Assembly: GCA_964558655.1 (NCBI GenBank)
Contig: CAZLEX010000002.1
Span: 65,600-129,599 of the forward strand
Direction: 5' to 3'
Source of the DNA: an uncultured Oscillospiraceae bacterium
Lineage (GTDB): Bacteria; Bacillota; Clostridia; Oscillospirales; SIG627
Length of the DNA: 64,000 nucleotides
The stretch's first letter is position 1. Every line of letters starts with the position of its first letter. A program made the translations under genes and the position numbers. Shown piece after piece: positions 46,683-56,080 of the stretch. The notes below the pieces were generated by a model. It made no database searches, had not been told where the DNA came from, and worked only from the letters and a program-made list of their open reading frames with translations.

Positions 46683-49019
46683 TTATTCCTCCACACCGAT
46701 GATTTTCAGTGCATCAAGCTGCATTTTGTAAAGTTTGTAATAATCGCCTTTTTTTCTGACGAGCTCTTCGTGAGTTCCGGACTCGGTCATTTTTCCGTCC
46801 TCTATGACGATAAGTCTGTCGGCATCTCTGAGGGTGGACAGGCGGTGAGCGATGATTATTGTCGTCTTGTCACGGGTAATTTCGGTAATCGCTCTCTGTA
46901 TACGCAGTTCGGTAGCCGTGTCCATTGCCGCCGTCGCTTCGTCGAGTATGAGAATTTTCGGATCCTTGAGAATTGCACGGGCAATGGATATTCTCTGAAG
47001 TTCTCCGCCCGAAAGACTGCGGTAACCGGTGCCGATTTTCGTGTTGTATCCGTCGGGATATTTTATGATGAAGTCGTGAGCTCCCGCCGCTTTTGCCGCC
47101 GAGATGACCTCTTCGTTTGACGCTTCGGGTACGGCGTAGCGGATATTGTCGGCTATGGTTCCGCAGAAAACATAGGTTTCCTGCGAGACTATGGCAACAT
47201 TTTGCCGAATGTAACTTGACGGAAGGTCTTTTACATTTACGCCGTCGATGAGTATTTCACCGTCATTCGTATCGTAAAGACGCATGGCAAGGTTTACGAG
47301 CGTGGACTTGCCCGCACCCGTGTGCCCGACGATACCTATTGTCTCACCCGGAGACACTTTAAACGAAACGCCGTCGATTACGCGGTGTCCCGGCTGATAT
47401 TCAAAGGAGACATTCCTGAATTCGACATCTCCCGAAGTTCTTTCGGGAAGCATCGGTTTTTGAGGTTCGGGTACTTCGGAGGGCGTTTCAAGTATTTGAA
47501 AGAGCCTGTACATTGCATTGAGACATTCGGAAAGCTGCTGATTGAAGCGGTTGAAAAAGTCAAGAGGTGTGTACATCATGGACATGAGCGATATGTATGT
47601 TACGAGAGTTCCGTATGTGAAATCGCTTTTTCCGTTCATTATCCCTTTTGCAACGGCAATTCCGCCTACCGCCCATACAGCCCATGTGCCTATTTCGAGG
47701 ACTGACGGAATGATGTTGCCTATGCGGTTTGAGGTTACTGTCGTACGGTAGCGGGATTCGGCAAGAGAGTCGCTCTTTTTTTTGAATTTTTCCGCCTCAA
47801 GCTTTTCACGGGAAAACGCCTTGACGACACGGTTTCCCAAAAATATATCGGAAACATAGGAGTTGAAACGGCGTCGGTGCGAGTATTCTCTTGCGTGATT
47901 TTTTCGCATGGTTTTCATGAAAAGGCTTCTTGAGAGCAAAAAGACGGGTATCGGCAACATGACAATGAGAGTGAGTTTTGCGTTCATGACGAAAAGCAGT
48001 ATTGCCACGACAACGATTTGTATGATGTTCGTGATAAAGTAGGGAAGTCCGTCCACGAAAAACCAATAGATAGATGTGGCGTCCCCGTTTATCTGCGTCA
48101 TTATTCCGCCCGACTGTCTCATGCTGAAATAGCTCAGAGACAGACGCTGTATCGCCGAAAATATCGTTTTTTTCAGGTCGTATGTCACTCTTGCCGAAAC
48201 TTTTGCCGTGACGATTGAGTGAAACATTGAAAATACGACCGAAATAAGCTTGGTAAGTGCGATGAGCAGTATGGCAAAAAATATTTTGCCGTAAAAATCT
48301 CCGTTTTTGTCAAGAACACGGTCGTAAAAAAAGCTTCCGCTTACAAACGGCGTGAAAATTCCCAGCACCGTCGACAGCACGACCATTAAAAGCACTGCCA
48401 GACTTTCTTTTTTGTACTTTGAGAAAAACGGAAGCATTTTTTTCAAAAGTCCTTTTGTGTCAAGGTCTTTGAGTGAGCGTCTGCCTCCGGGACCTCCCGG
48501 TCCGCCCGGTCCTCCGGGACCTCCCGGCCCCCCCGGATGGTGATGAGGAGTGCCTTCTTCGTGAGGCGGCCCCTCTTTTCCTTTCGGTTCGCTTATCCTC
48601 TCTCCCGCAAGGAAACGGCACAAATTCCACGCACCCTCTTTTTCACTGTTTGTGAAGTTTGCTACAACGGCGTTTTCGCTGCCGTCTTTTCGCAAGGCCG
48701 TTATCCGTCCGCCCGAAATAAATTCTTCGACGCAGAAGTTCTCCCATTCGTCAAGAGAAAAAACTTTCCAGAAGCGGATAGAAAATCCCGCGTCGCTCTT
48801 TCGGCGGGAAAAGAGACTTTTCTTTTCTTTCTCGAAAATTCCGCCGAGAGTTTCCAGTACTGCGACCTCTTCGTCGGTTGCGGCAACCCATGTATCGCAA
48901 AATTCCATGCACTGTCCCATATCGGCTCTGAAGCCGTATTTGATGTTTTGCACGGAAATTCCCCGTTCCTCAAATATGCCGCATATGTGAGGCGGGAAAA
49001 ATTTTTTTTCTTTTTCCAT
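46683..49019 (-). CDS. ABC exporter half-transporter (TMD-NBD) with ~200-aa N-terminal extension ending in HHH(PGG)6
   Basis: Walker A GHTGAGKST, signature LSGGELQR and Walker B ILILDEA. Six TM segments. Confidence 0.85.
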   Translation of the reverse strand: MEKEKKFFPPHICGIFEERGISVQNIKYGFRADMGQCMEFCDTWVAATDEEVAVLETLGGIFEKEKKSLFSRRKSDAGFSIRFWKVFSLDEWENFCVEEFISGGRITALRKDGSENAVVANFTNSEKEGAWNLCRFLAGERISEPKGKEGPPHEEGTPHHHPGGPGGPGGPGGPGGPGGRRSLKDLDTKGLLKKMLPFFSKYKKESLAVLLMVVLSTVLGIFTPFVSGSFFYDRVLDKNGDFYGKIFFAILLIALTKLISVVFSMFHSIVTAKVSARVTYDLKKTIFSAIQRLSLSYFSMRQSGGIMTQINGDATSIYWFFVDGLPYFITNIIQIVVVAILLFVMNAKLTLIVMLPIPVFLLSRSLFMKTMRKNHAREYSHRRRFNSYVSDIFLGNRVVKAFSREKLEAEKFKKKSDSLAESRYRTTVTSNRIGNIIPSVLEIGTWAVWAVGGIAVAKGIMNGKSDFTYGTLVTYISLMSMMYTPLDFFNRFNQQLSECLNAMYRLFQILETPSEVPEPQKPMLPERTSGDVEFRNVSFEYQPGHRVIDGVSFKVSPGETIGIVGHTGAGKSTLVNLAMRLYDTNDGEILIDGVNVKDLPSSYIRQNVAIVSQETYVFCGTIADNIRYAVPEASNEEVISAAKAAGAHDFIIKYPDGYNTKIGTGYRSLSGGELQRISIARAILKDPKILILDEATAAMDTATELRIQRAITEITRDKTTIIIAHRLSTLRDADRLIVIEDGKMTESGTHEELVRKKGDYYKLYKMQLDALKIIGVEE
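48483..48536 (-). repeat. In-frame (Pro-Gly-Gly)x6 coding repeat
   Basis: Minus strand reads CCG GGG GGG CCG GGA GGT CCC GGA GGA CCG GGC GGA CCG GGA GGT CCC GGA GGC. It is preceded by CAT CAC CAT (HHH) and followed by RR. Confidence 0.9.
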
Positions 49020-49072
49020 AAAATTACCTTATTTTAATAGGGTTGTTTTATTTATCGTTTGACTTTAAGTTC

Positions 49073-49100
49073 AGTTTACAGAAAAAAAAGGCAATGTCAA
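49073..49100 (-). promoter_or_regulatory. Possible promoter for the ABC operon
   Basis: Minus strand shows TTGACA (49100-49095), 16 nt, TAAACT (49078-49073). Confidence 0.35.
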
Positions 49101-49152
49101 TACTTTTTCAAAAAAATTAAAAAATTTATTTTTTCTTTTTTCGGATCGCGGG

Positions 49153-49181
49153 TTGATAAAAGAAAAAAAGTGTGATACAAT
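49153..49181 (+). promoter_or_regulatory. Candidate extended -10 promoter for gpmI
   Basis: TTGATA (49153-49158), 17 nt, TGaTACAAT (49173-49181). Confidence 0.6.
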
Positions 49182-49256
49182 AGTTGTATATTTTTGCAAA
49201 TCGGCGTACATCGCCCGAATAAGAACAGTGTTACAATGAAAAAGGAGTGCGAATAT

Positions 49257-50879
49257 ATGCTTGAAAAACTTAAAAACCGTCCTTTAACAAAGGGACCTCT
49301 TACACTTATAGTTATGGACGGAGTGGGACTTGGTAAACACAATGAGGCAAACGCCGTATGGCGTGCGAATACGCCTAATCTCGACAGGCTCATGAAGGAT
49401 TATCCCACCCTTACCCTCAAGGCTCACGGTACGGCCGTAGGTCTGCCCAGTGACGACGATATGGGAAATTCGGAGGTGGGACACAACGCAATCGGAGCGG
49501 GACAGGTTTACGCACAGGGTGCGAAACTCGTTACATCGTCCATTGAGACGGGCAAAATTTTCTCGTCTGACACATGGCACACTCTCGTTTCAAACTGCCT
49601 TGAAAAGAACGGTACATTCCATTTCTTAGGGCTTTTTTCCGACGGAAACGTTCACTCTCACATCGACCACCTGAAAGCTCTTGTAAAGAGAGCGGGCGAG
49701 GAGGGAGTGAAGAAGGTAAGAATTCATATTCTTCTTGACGGTCGAGATGTCGGAGAGACTTCGGCACTTGAATATGTGGATCCGTTTGAAGAGTATATCG
49801 CAGGGCTTCGCACCGACTCTTTCGATGTGAAAATCGCATCGGGCGGCGGACGCATGAACATAACAATGGACAGATACGAAGCGAATTGGGATATGGTAAA
49901 GAGAGGCTGGGAAACTCATGTACTCGGAGAGGGCAGACAGTTCGCTTCGGCACATGAGGCTGTTGTAACTCTCAGAAATGAAGGCGGTTACAGCGACCAA
50001 GACCTTCCGCCTTTCGTAATCGCCGAAAATTCAAAGCCGGTTGGCACAATAGAGGACGGAGACAGCGTTGTTTTCTTCAATTTCAGAGGCGACCGTTCCA
50101 TTGAAATTTCCAGAGCGTTTGAGGAAAAAGACTTTGACAAATTCGACAGACGGCGTTTTCCCGAAACGGTTTTCGCGGGTATGCTCGAATATGACGGAGA
50201 CCTTCATATTCCGTCAAGATATTTGGTGTCTCCTCCAGAAATCACCGACACTCTCGGCGAAAATCTCGCACTGCTCGGCGTAAGACAGCTCGCTCTTTCG
50301 GAGACGCAGAAATACGGCCATGTAACATACTTTTGGAACGGCAACAAATCGGGAAAATACGACGAGAAAACCGAAACTTACATTGAAATTCCTTCCGATG
50401 TCGTTCCCTTTGAACAGCGTCCGTGGATGAAGTGTGCCGAAATTACGGATAAGCTTATCGAAGCGATGAAGAGCGGCGAGTACGACTTTATCCGCGTCAA
50501 CTTCCCTAACGGCGACATGGTCGGACACACGGGAAGCATGGAGGCGACAATCGTTTCCATGGAAGCTCTCGACCTCTGCATCGGCAGAATTCTCGAATGT
50601 GCCGACAGTCTCGGAGTGGCGGTGCTTTTCACGGCAGATCACGGAAACGCCGACGAATGTCTGGAAACGAACAAAAAGACGGGAGAGGTCACATCGAAAC
50701 CCAAGACAAGCCACACGCTCAACCCTGTGCCTTTTATTTTCTACGACAATTTCTTCAAGGACAGTTACACCGTGCTTGACGGCAAGTGGGGACTTTCGAA
50801 CATAGCGGCGACCGTCGCAAATCTTCTCGGATACAAGGCGTCGGACAAGTGGGACGCTTCGATGATAGAGACAAAATAA
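49257..50879 (+). CDS. gpmI: 2,3-bisphosphoglycerate-independent phosphoglycerate mutase
   Basis: LIVMDGVGLG, the GNSEVGH catalytic Ser region and TADHGNA. ATG at 49257 follows AAAGGAG. Confidence 0.93.
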   Translation: MLEKLKNRPLTKGPLTLIVMDGVGLGKHNEANAVWRANTPNLDRLMKDYPTLTLKAHGTAVGLPSDDDMGNSEVGHNAIGAGQVYAQGAKLVTSSIETGKIFSSDTWHTLVSNCLEKNGTFHFLGLFSDGNVHSHIDHLKALVKRAGEEGVKKVRIHILLDGRDVGETSALEYVDPFEEYIAGLRTDSFDVKIASGGGRMNITMDRYEANWDMVKRGWETHVLGEGRQFASAHEAVVTLRNEGGYSDQDLPPFVIAENSKPVGTIEDGDSVVFFNFRGDRSIEISRAFEEKDFDKFDRRRFPETVFAGMLEYDGDLHIPSRYLVSPPEITDTLGENLALLGVRQLALSETQKYGHVTYFWNGNKSGKYDEKTETYIEIPSDVVPFEQRPWMKCAEITDKLIEAMKSGEYDFIRVNFPNGDMVGHTGSMEATIVSMEALDLCIGRILECADSLGVAVLFTADHGNADECLETNKKTGEVTSKPKTSHTLNPVPFIFYDNFFKDSYTVLDGKWGLSNIAATVANLLGYKASDKWDASMIETK

Positions 50880-50887
50880 AATCAGGG

Positions 50888-50909
50888 GGGACGCTTCGGC
50901 GTCCCTTTT
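50888..50909 (+). terminator. Rho-independent terminator after gpmI
   Basis: GGGACGC-TTCG-GCGTCCC followed by TTTT. Confidence 0.85.
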
Positions 50910-50912
50910 CTC

Positions 50913-50942
50913 TTGACAGGGGGACGGTGTTTGTTGTATAAT
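50913..50942 (+). promoter_or_regulatory. Candidate sigma-A promoter for the MBOAT operon
   Basis: TTGACA (50913-50918), 18 nt, TATAAT (50937-50942). Confidence 0.6.
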
Positions 50943-50972
50943 TCTTACATATAAATTTTATTCGGAGATATT

Positions 50973-52382
50973 ATGGTTTTTTCGTCATATAAATTCATTT
51001 TTCTTTTTCTTCTCCCGGTACTTCTGATATATTCTCTTCTGAAAAAGACGAAGAGAGCGTCTCTTGTGAAAATTTTTCTCGTTTTGTCCTCCGTCGTCTT
51101 TTATTCTTGGGGACAGGTGCGTTTTCTGCCGGTGTTTCTCATTACCATGACTGTCGGATATTTTTTGGCGGCGGGCATTTCAAAAAGCGATAAAAAGCCT
51201 TTGAGGATTTTTATGCTTGTGCTGGGAATTGCCGAAGGGCTGGGAGTTTTGTTCTATTATAAATACCTGAATTTCACTCTCTATTCCTTCAACCGCTTTT
51301 TAGGTACGGATTTTGTTCTTTCGCAGGTGATTTTGCCTCTGGGAATTTCCTTTTACACTTTCCAGATAATAACATACCTTGTCGATGTGTACAGAAAAGA
51401 GGCACCTCTCTGCCGTTTTGAAAATTACCTTCTTTACATAACTTTTTTTCCTCAGCTCGTGGTGGGGCCGATAGTGCGTCACCGTGACTTTCTCCCTCAG
51501 CTTACCGACGAAAACATTCTCAAAACCGACGGAGTGTCGGTTTCACGTGGGATAGTGCTTTTTTCGGTGGGGTGTGCAAAAAAGATTCTCATCGCCAACC
51601 CTCTCATCGACTTTGCTTACACCTATTACACCACCGATTCGACTTCTCCTCTTCTTGCATGGGGGGCGACAATAGCCTTTACATTCGCCTATTATTTCGA
51701 TTTTTCCGGATACAGCGACATGGCGGTGGGACTGGGAAATTTCTTCAACATTAAGCTTCCCTTTAACTTCAATTCCCCTTATAAATCGCGTAACATGGCT
51801 GATTTTTGGAGGCGGTGGAACATAAGCGTTTCCACTTTTTTCGACGATTATGTCTTTCGCAGCGTCTTTCGTTTCGGTGACGGTAAGGTCCGTCTCGTTG
51901 CGGCGACCTTCATAACATTTTTTCTTTCGGGTATCTGGCACGGAGCCGGCTGGAATTACATTCTCTGGGGAATAGCAAACGGAATACTTGTCGCAATTGT
52001 ACATCTTGCGACGCTTTACCGCATAAAACTGCCCGCTTTTCTGTCCTATTTTCTTACGGGAGCGTGCGTGCTCTTAACCCGTGTACTCTTTGATTCAAGC
52101 TCTTTTACCGAAATAAAAAAGACATATTCGCTTATGTTTTCTTTTGAATGGGACAGTTTTTCTTCTTTTTGGCAGAGTGTCACTCTCTTTGTCGGAGAAA
52201 ACCTTGAGGTGTGCATAATCATGCTTTTAAGTGCACTTATATGTTTCTTTTTCAAAAACACGAAGCAAATATCCGAAAATTATACTCCGTCGTACAAGTG
52301 GGCGCTTCTTTCGGCGTTTCTTCTCTGTCTGTCTCTCGCGAACATGACGGAAGTTTCGCGGTTTCTTTATTTTAATTTCTGA
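50973..52382 (+). CDS. MBOAT-family membrane O-acyltransferase (DltB/AlgI-like)
   Basis: 469 aa, polytopic. Conserved His in SGIWHGAGWNY, plus FWRRWNIS. Confidence 0.88.
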   Translation: MVFSSYKFIFLFLLPVLLIYSLLKKTKRASLVKIFLVLSSVVFYSWGQVRFLPVFLITMTVGYFLAAGISKSDKKPLRIFMLVLGIAEGLGVLFYYKYLNFTLYSFNRFLGTDFVLSQVILPLGISFYTFQIITYLVDVYRKEAPLCRFENYLLYITFFPQLVVGPIVRHRDFLPQLTDENILKTDGVSVSRGIVLFSVGCAKKILIANPLIDFAYTYYTTDSTSPLLAWGATIAFTFAYYFDFSGYSDMAVGLGNFFNIKLPFNFNSPYKSRNMADFWRRWNISVSTFFDDYVFRSVFRFGDGKVRLVAATFITFFLSGIWHGAGWNYILWGIANGILVAIVHLATLYRIKLPAFLSYFLTGACVLLTRVLFDSSSFTEIKKTYSLMFSFEWDSFSSFWQSVTLFVGENLEVCIIMLLSALICFFFKNTKQISENYTPSYKWALLSAFLLCLSLANMTEVSRFLYFNF

Positions 52383-52393
52383 GGAAAAAGAAA

Positions 52394-54220
52394 ATGAATG
52401 TAAAAAAATGGTTTGCGGTGTTTTTTTCAACGCTTCTCTTCCTCCTGCTTTTGTGGGCGGGGGTAAATTTCTTCGTCGATCCTTTCGGCGTGTTCGGAGA
52501 CACCCTTCTTTCATACAGCGAATACAGCATGACGCAAAACCCGCGTGTATCCAAAATTGCCTACCTTGACCGTCATTATGAGGAGTACGACGCATATGTC
52601 GTAGGCTGTTCAAAGTCAAGTTCACTTCCGACCGAAAGCCTGAACAAATATTTCGGAGCGAATTTTTACAACATGATAATGTACGGCGGAGATATGTATG
52701 ATATCGAAAAGACCGTTGAGTATATTCTCGAAAATTACACTGCGGGCAATATCGTCGTGGCAATAGGTCTCGAAGAGGCAAACGCGTTTAACACCGAAGC
52801 CGATGAAATAAAAGGCAATTTGCACGCAAAGGTTGACGGTTCGGGGCTTGTTCCGTTTTATTTCAAGTACCTTTTTCTCAATCCCGAATATGCACGCGAA
52901 AAACTCACATCGTATTTTAACCGCTCCTACCTCATAACTTCCCAAGAGGTCTTTGTTTCGGAAACGGGCACCTATAACAAGTCTCTGCGTGACAGCGAAA
53001 AAATCCCCGTGCTTGAGAAGTATCTCGAAGAAAATCCGGACTTTTCCGAAGGAGAGGGAAAGTACAAAATGAAAGACGCCGACAAGTGCGTCGAAAGTCT
53101 CGGCCGCATTGACGAAATGTGTAGGGAACACGGTGCGAAGCTCACGGTAATTGCCTGCCCGATATACGAGGGCGAGCTTAAGCTTTACGATGAGAGTGCG
53201 GTTATTTCCTATTATAAAAAGATAGCCGAAACGGTCGATTTTTGGAACTTTTCGGGGCATACGGCGGTAAGTTCGGAGCCGAGATATTTTTACGACTCTC
53301 TCCACTTCCGCAACTGCGTCGGAGAGATGATGCTTGCGAAAATGTTTTCCGACAGCGATGTTTTCGTTCCCGAAAAATTCGGAGAGTACATCACTTTTGA
53401 AAACCGCGAGGAGATGACGGAGTATCTGTTTTCTCCCGCCGAAGAAGAGAATACGGTGAAAAATCTTCCCGTGCTTATGTATCATCACTTTACCCTGACA
53501 GGTACGGAGGATACGGTGAGTGCCGAGCTTTTCGACGAACATCTTACGGCTCTGGAAAATGCGGGATATACCGTGATATCGCTTGCCGATGCCGAAAATT
53601 ATGTAAAACGGGGAGAGGAGCTTCCCGAAAAGCCCGTGCTCATAACCATAGACGACGGCTATTCGTCGGCAGTCGATATTGCCGCACCCATACTTGAAAA
53701 GCATAACGCACACGCCGCCGTCGCTGTCATAGGGTGTTCGATAGGGCACTCGACCTATAAAGATACGGATATCGGAATAACGGAGCATTTTTCGCTCGAA
53801 GAGGCTCTGCCCTATGTTAAAAACGGCACTTTGACCGTAATTTCTCACACATGGGATATGCACATGGTCAAGAGCCTTGACGGAGAGGATTGCCGTGAGG
53901 GAGTGCTCATGCTTGAGAGCGAGAGCGAGGAGGATTACCTTGAGGCTCTCGAAGAAGATTTTGAAAAAATAAGCAATGTGCTCTTTGAGGCGTACGGTAC
54001 GGAAGTGACGGCGGTAGCCTACCCTCAGGGGCTTTATTCGAAAATTTCCGAAGTGTTTTTAGCCGAAAAGGGCGTTAATATAACATTTACTACGGAATGG
54101 GGAACAAATCAGATAATAAAGGGCGTTGAGCAGACTTTGAGACAGCTGTGCAGATTTTCCGTTGACGGCGGTGTCGACGGGGAGACGCTCGTAAAAATAT
54201 TGGAAAGTGCAGGGTTATAA
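52394..54220 (+). CDS. Membrane-anchored fusion: DltD/SGNH-like domain plus CE4 (NodB) polysaccharide deacetylase domain
   Basis: N-terminal TM. Candidate SGNH block I is VVGCSKSSS and block V is YDSLHF. The C-terminal NodB motifs are LITIDDGY and HTWDMH. Confidence 0.7.
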   Translation: MNVKKWFAVFFSTLLFLLLLWAGVNFFVDPFGVFGDTLLSYSEYSMTQNPRVSKIAYLDRHYEEYDAYVVGCSKSSSLPTESLNKYFGANFYNMIMYGGDMYDIEKTVEYILENYTAGNIVVAIGLEEANAFNTEADEIKGNLHAKVDGSGLVPFYFKYLFLNPEYAREKLTSYFNRSYLITSQEVFVSETGTYNKSLRDSEKIPVLEKYLEENPDFSEGEGKYKMKDADKCVESLGRIDEMCREHGAKLTVIACPIYEGELKLYDESAVISYYKKIAETVDFWNFSGHTAVSSEPRYFYDSLHFRNCVGEMMLAKMFSDSDVFVPEKFGEYITFENREEMTEYLFSPAEEENTVKNLPVLMYHHFTLTGTEDTVSAELFDEHLTALENAGYTVISLADAENYVKRGEELPEKPVLITIDDGYSSAVDIAAPILEKHNAHAAVAVIGCSIGHSTYKDTDIGITEHFSLEEALPYVKNGTLTVISHTWDMHMVKSLDGEDCREGVLMLESESEEDYLEALEEDFEKISNVLFEAYGTEVTAVAYPQGLYSKISEVFLAEKGVNITFTTEWGTNQIIKGVEQTLRQLCRFSVDGGVDGETLVKILESAGL

Positions 54221-54221
54221 A

Positions 54222-54518
54222 ATGGATTTGAAAAAAGTATTTAAAAAAGCTCAAAGCGAAGTGACGGAGACCTTAGCCGATATCGATGCGGGAGAGGTGC
54301 TTGAGAAGTTTTTTCAACAGAAGAAACCGGACGCAAAACTTGACCGTGACACCAATCTTTTTGAAAACGGTTTTGTAAATTCCATGTTCGCTTTAGAGAC
54401 TGTCATGTTCATCGAAAAAACATTTAATGTCAAACTTGCGAAAAAGGATATCACGAAAGAAAACCTTTCAAGCATAAACAAAATGGTACTTCTTGTGGAA
54501 AGGCTTAAAAATGAGTGA
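54222..54518 (+). CDS. Acyl/peptidyl carrier protein, DltC-like
   Basis: 98 aa. ENGFVNSMFALETVMFIE resembles the DltC phosphopantetheine-Ser helix (GLLDSMGTV type). Confidence 0.75.
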   Translation: MDLKKVFKKAQSEVTETLADIDAGEVLEKFFQQKKPDAKLDRDTNLFENGFVNSMFALETVMFIEKTFNVKLAKKDITKENLSSINKMVLLVERLKNE

Positions 54519-55560
54519 AAAGATAAAATGCGTTGTTTTCGACCTTGACGGCACTCTCTGGGAGGGCACGCTTGCCGAAAGCGACGATGTTAAACTCAAA
54601 AAAGGCGTGAAAGAACTGCTCGAACAGCTTGACAGGCGGGGTATTCTCATGTCCGTTGCGAGTAAAAATAATTTTGACACGGCAAAGAAAATACTCTGTC
54701 GCGAGGGACTTTTCGACTACTTTTTACTTCCGCAAATAAGCTGGAATCCGAAATCGGCGGCTCTCGAAGAAATATCGGCGGGACTTAATCTTTCCCTTCG
54801 TGAGTTTGCCTTTGTCGACGACACGCCTGAGGAGAGGGACGAAGTGCTTTTCGCACACCCCGAAGTGAGAGTGTACGACGCCGAAGAACTCTTCGATATT
54901 CCCGAATATGAAGAATTTTGCCCGAAATTCGTGACGGAGGATTCACGCCTCCGACGCAAGCTTTATCAAAACGACCTGCGTCTCAAGGAGGACGAAAAAA
55001 ATTTTTGCGGAACCAACGAAGAATTTTTAAAGACTCTCGGCATGAAACTCACCGTGTCGAAAGTGACCGAAGGAGACCTGGAGAGAGTGGAGGAGCTCAC
55101 ACGGCGTACCCACCAACTCAATTCTACCGGACGCACATTTTCCTTTGAGGAACTTAACCGTATAAAAGACGACGAAAACTACATTTTTCTTATAGTTTCT
55201 CTTGAAAACAGGTACGGAGACTGCGGTAAAGTGGGGCTTGCCCTCATGGAAAAAAGCGATGACGCATATATCATAAAACTTCTCATCATGTCCTGCCGGG
55301 TGATGTCTTTGGGGATAGGTTCCGCCATGCTGGTCTACCTGTCCTCGCTGGCGGTGCGTGACAAAAAACGGCTGCTCGCAGATTTCGTATTTACCGACCG
55401 TAACCGTATTATGTATATCACATACAAAATGTTCGGCTTTTCGGACAACAGTGAGGACGACGCACCGTCGGCACTTCTGGAATGGGACGGAGAACCCAGA
55501 ACTATGCCGGATTTTTTCGAGGTACATGACGAGACGGGAGAAAAAGATGAAAGAGACTGA
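54511..55560 (+). CDS. HAD-IIIC / FkbH-like protein
   Basis: VVFDLDGTLWEG phosphatase motif I and a C-terminal LLIMSCRVMSLGIGS block. I recognise the latter as the FkbH-like Cys-containing motif. Confidence 0.8.
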   Translation: MSEKIKCVVFDLDGTLWEGTLAESDDVKLKKGVKELLEQLDRRGILMSVASKNNFDTAKKILCREGLFDYFLLPQISWNPKSAALEEISAGLNLSLREFAFVDDTPEERDEVLFAHPEVRVYDAEELFDIPEYEEFCPKFVTEDSRLRRKLYQNDLRLKEDEKNFCGTNEEFLKTLGMKLTVSKVTEGDLERVEELTRRTHQLNSTGRTFSFEELNRIKDDENYIFLIVSLENRYGDCGKVGLALMEKSDDAYIIKLLIMSCRVMSLGIGSAMLVYLSSLAVRDKKRLLADFVFTDRNRIMYITYKMFGFSDNSEDDAPSALLEWDGEPRTMPDFFEVHDETGEKDERD

Positions 55561-56059
55561 AGAAATACTTGCTTTTCTTGACAGGAGCGGTGTGAGTTAC
55601 GAAAAATTTCTACACGAAGAATGTAACACTATTCGAGAAAAGGCAGAGCTTGACAGCAGGTTTGGAATAAAAGCGAAACATTGCAAAAATATTTTTTTAA
55701 CCGATCGCAAACAGCGTGTGTTTTTCCTACTTGTGATACCTTTTGAAAAGACTTTCCGCACTGCCGAAGTGTCCAAACAGCTCGGAACATCACGCCTGAG
55801 TTTTGCAAGCGAAGAATTGCTTATGGAAAAGCTCAGGTGCCGTTCGGGACATCTTTCTTCTCTCTGTCTGCTTTACGACAGGGAGGAAGAAATAAAGCTG
55901 GTGCTTGACCGTGACCTTATGCGTGAGGAGGCTCTCTGTTTTCACCCGGCCGAGAACACCGTAACACTAACCCTTTCGACGCAGAGCTTTGTGTCCGAAC
56001 TTTGTCCGAAACTTTTTCACACACCCGTTTTTGTAACGGTAAGCACACCTATTCCGTAA
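55547..56059 (+). CDS. YbaK/ProX-like aminoacyl-tRNA deacylase-domain protein
   Basis: 170 aa with the ...HCKNIFL...VIP...SFAS...L...G.. pattern of prolyl-tRNA-synthetase-associated editing domains. ATG at 55547 overlaps the upstream gene by 14 nt. Confidence 0.65.
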   Translation: MKETEEILAFLDRSGVSYEKFLHEECNTIREKAELDSRFGIKAKHCKNIFLTDRKQRVFFLLVIPFEKTFRTAEVSKQLGTSRLSFASEELLMEKLRCRSGHLSSLCLLYDREEEIKLVLDRDLMREEALCFHPAENTVTLTLSTQSFVSELCPKLFHTPVFVTVSTPIP

Positions 56060-56080
56060 AATAAAACGGAGGTGTTATAT

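Noticed and set aside
48483-48536. PGG repeat as a slippage-prone phase-variation tract
   Set aside because: The codons are heterogeneous, so the DNA repeat is imperfect. The unit length of 9 nt is in-frame, and a length change would not switch the gene off.
49257-50879. gpmI as a functional member of the FkbH/MBOAT operon, supplying a glycerate-derived precursor
   Set aside because: A strong terminator (50888-50909) and a consensus promoter (50913-50942) separate the two. GpmI also acts on 3-PG/2-PG, not on 1,3-BPG. I treat the adjacency as coincidental unless synteny analysis says otherwise.
52622-53863. 413-aa minus-strand ORF
   Set aside because: It is antisense to the DltD-like/CE4 gene, has no RBS, and its low-complexity composition is typical of shadow ORFs opposite a GC3-biased gene.
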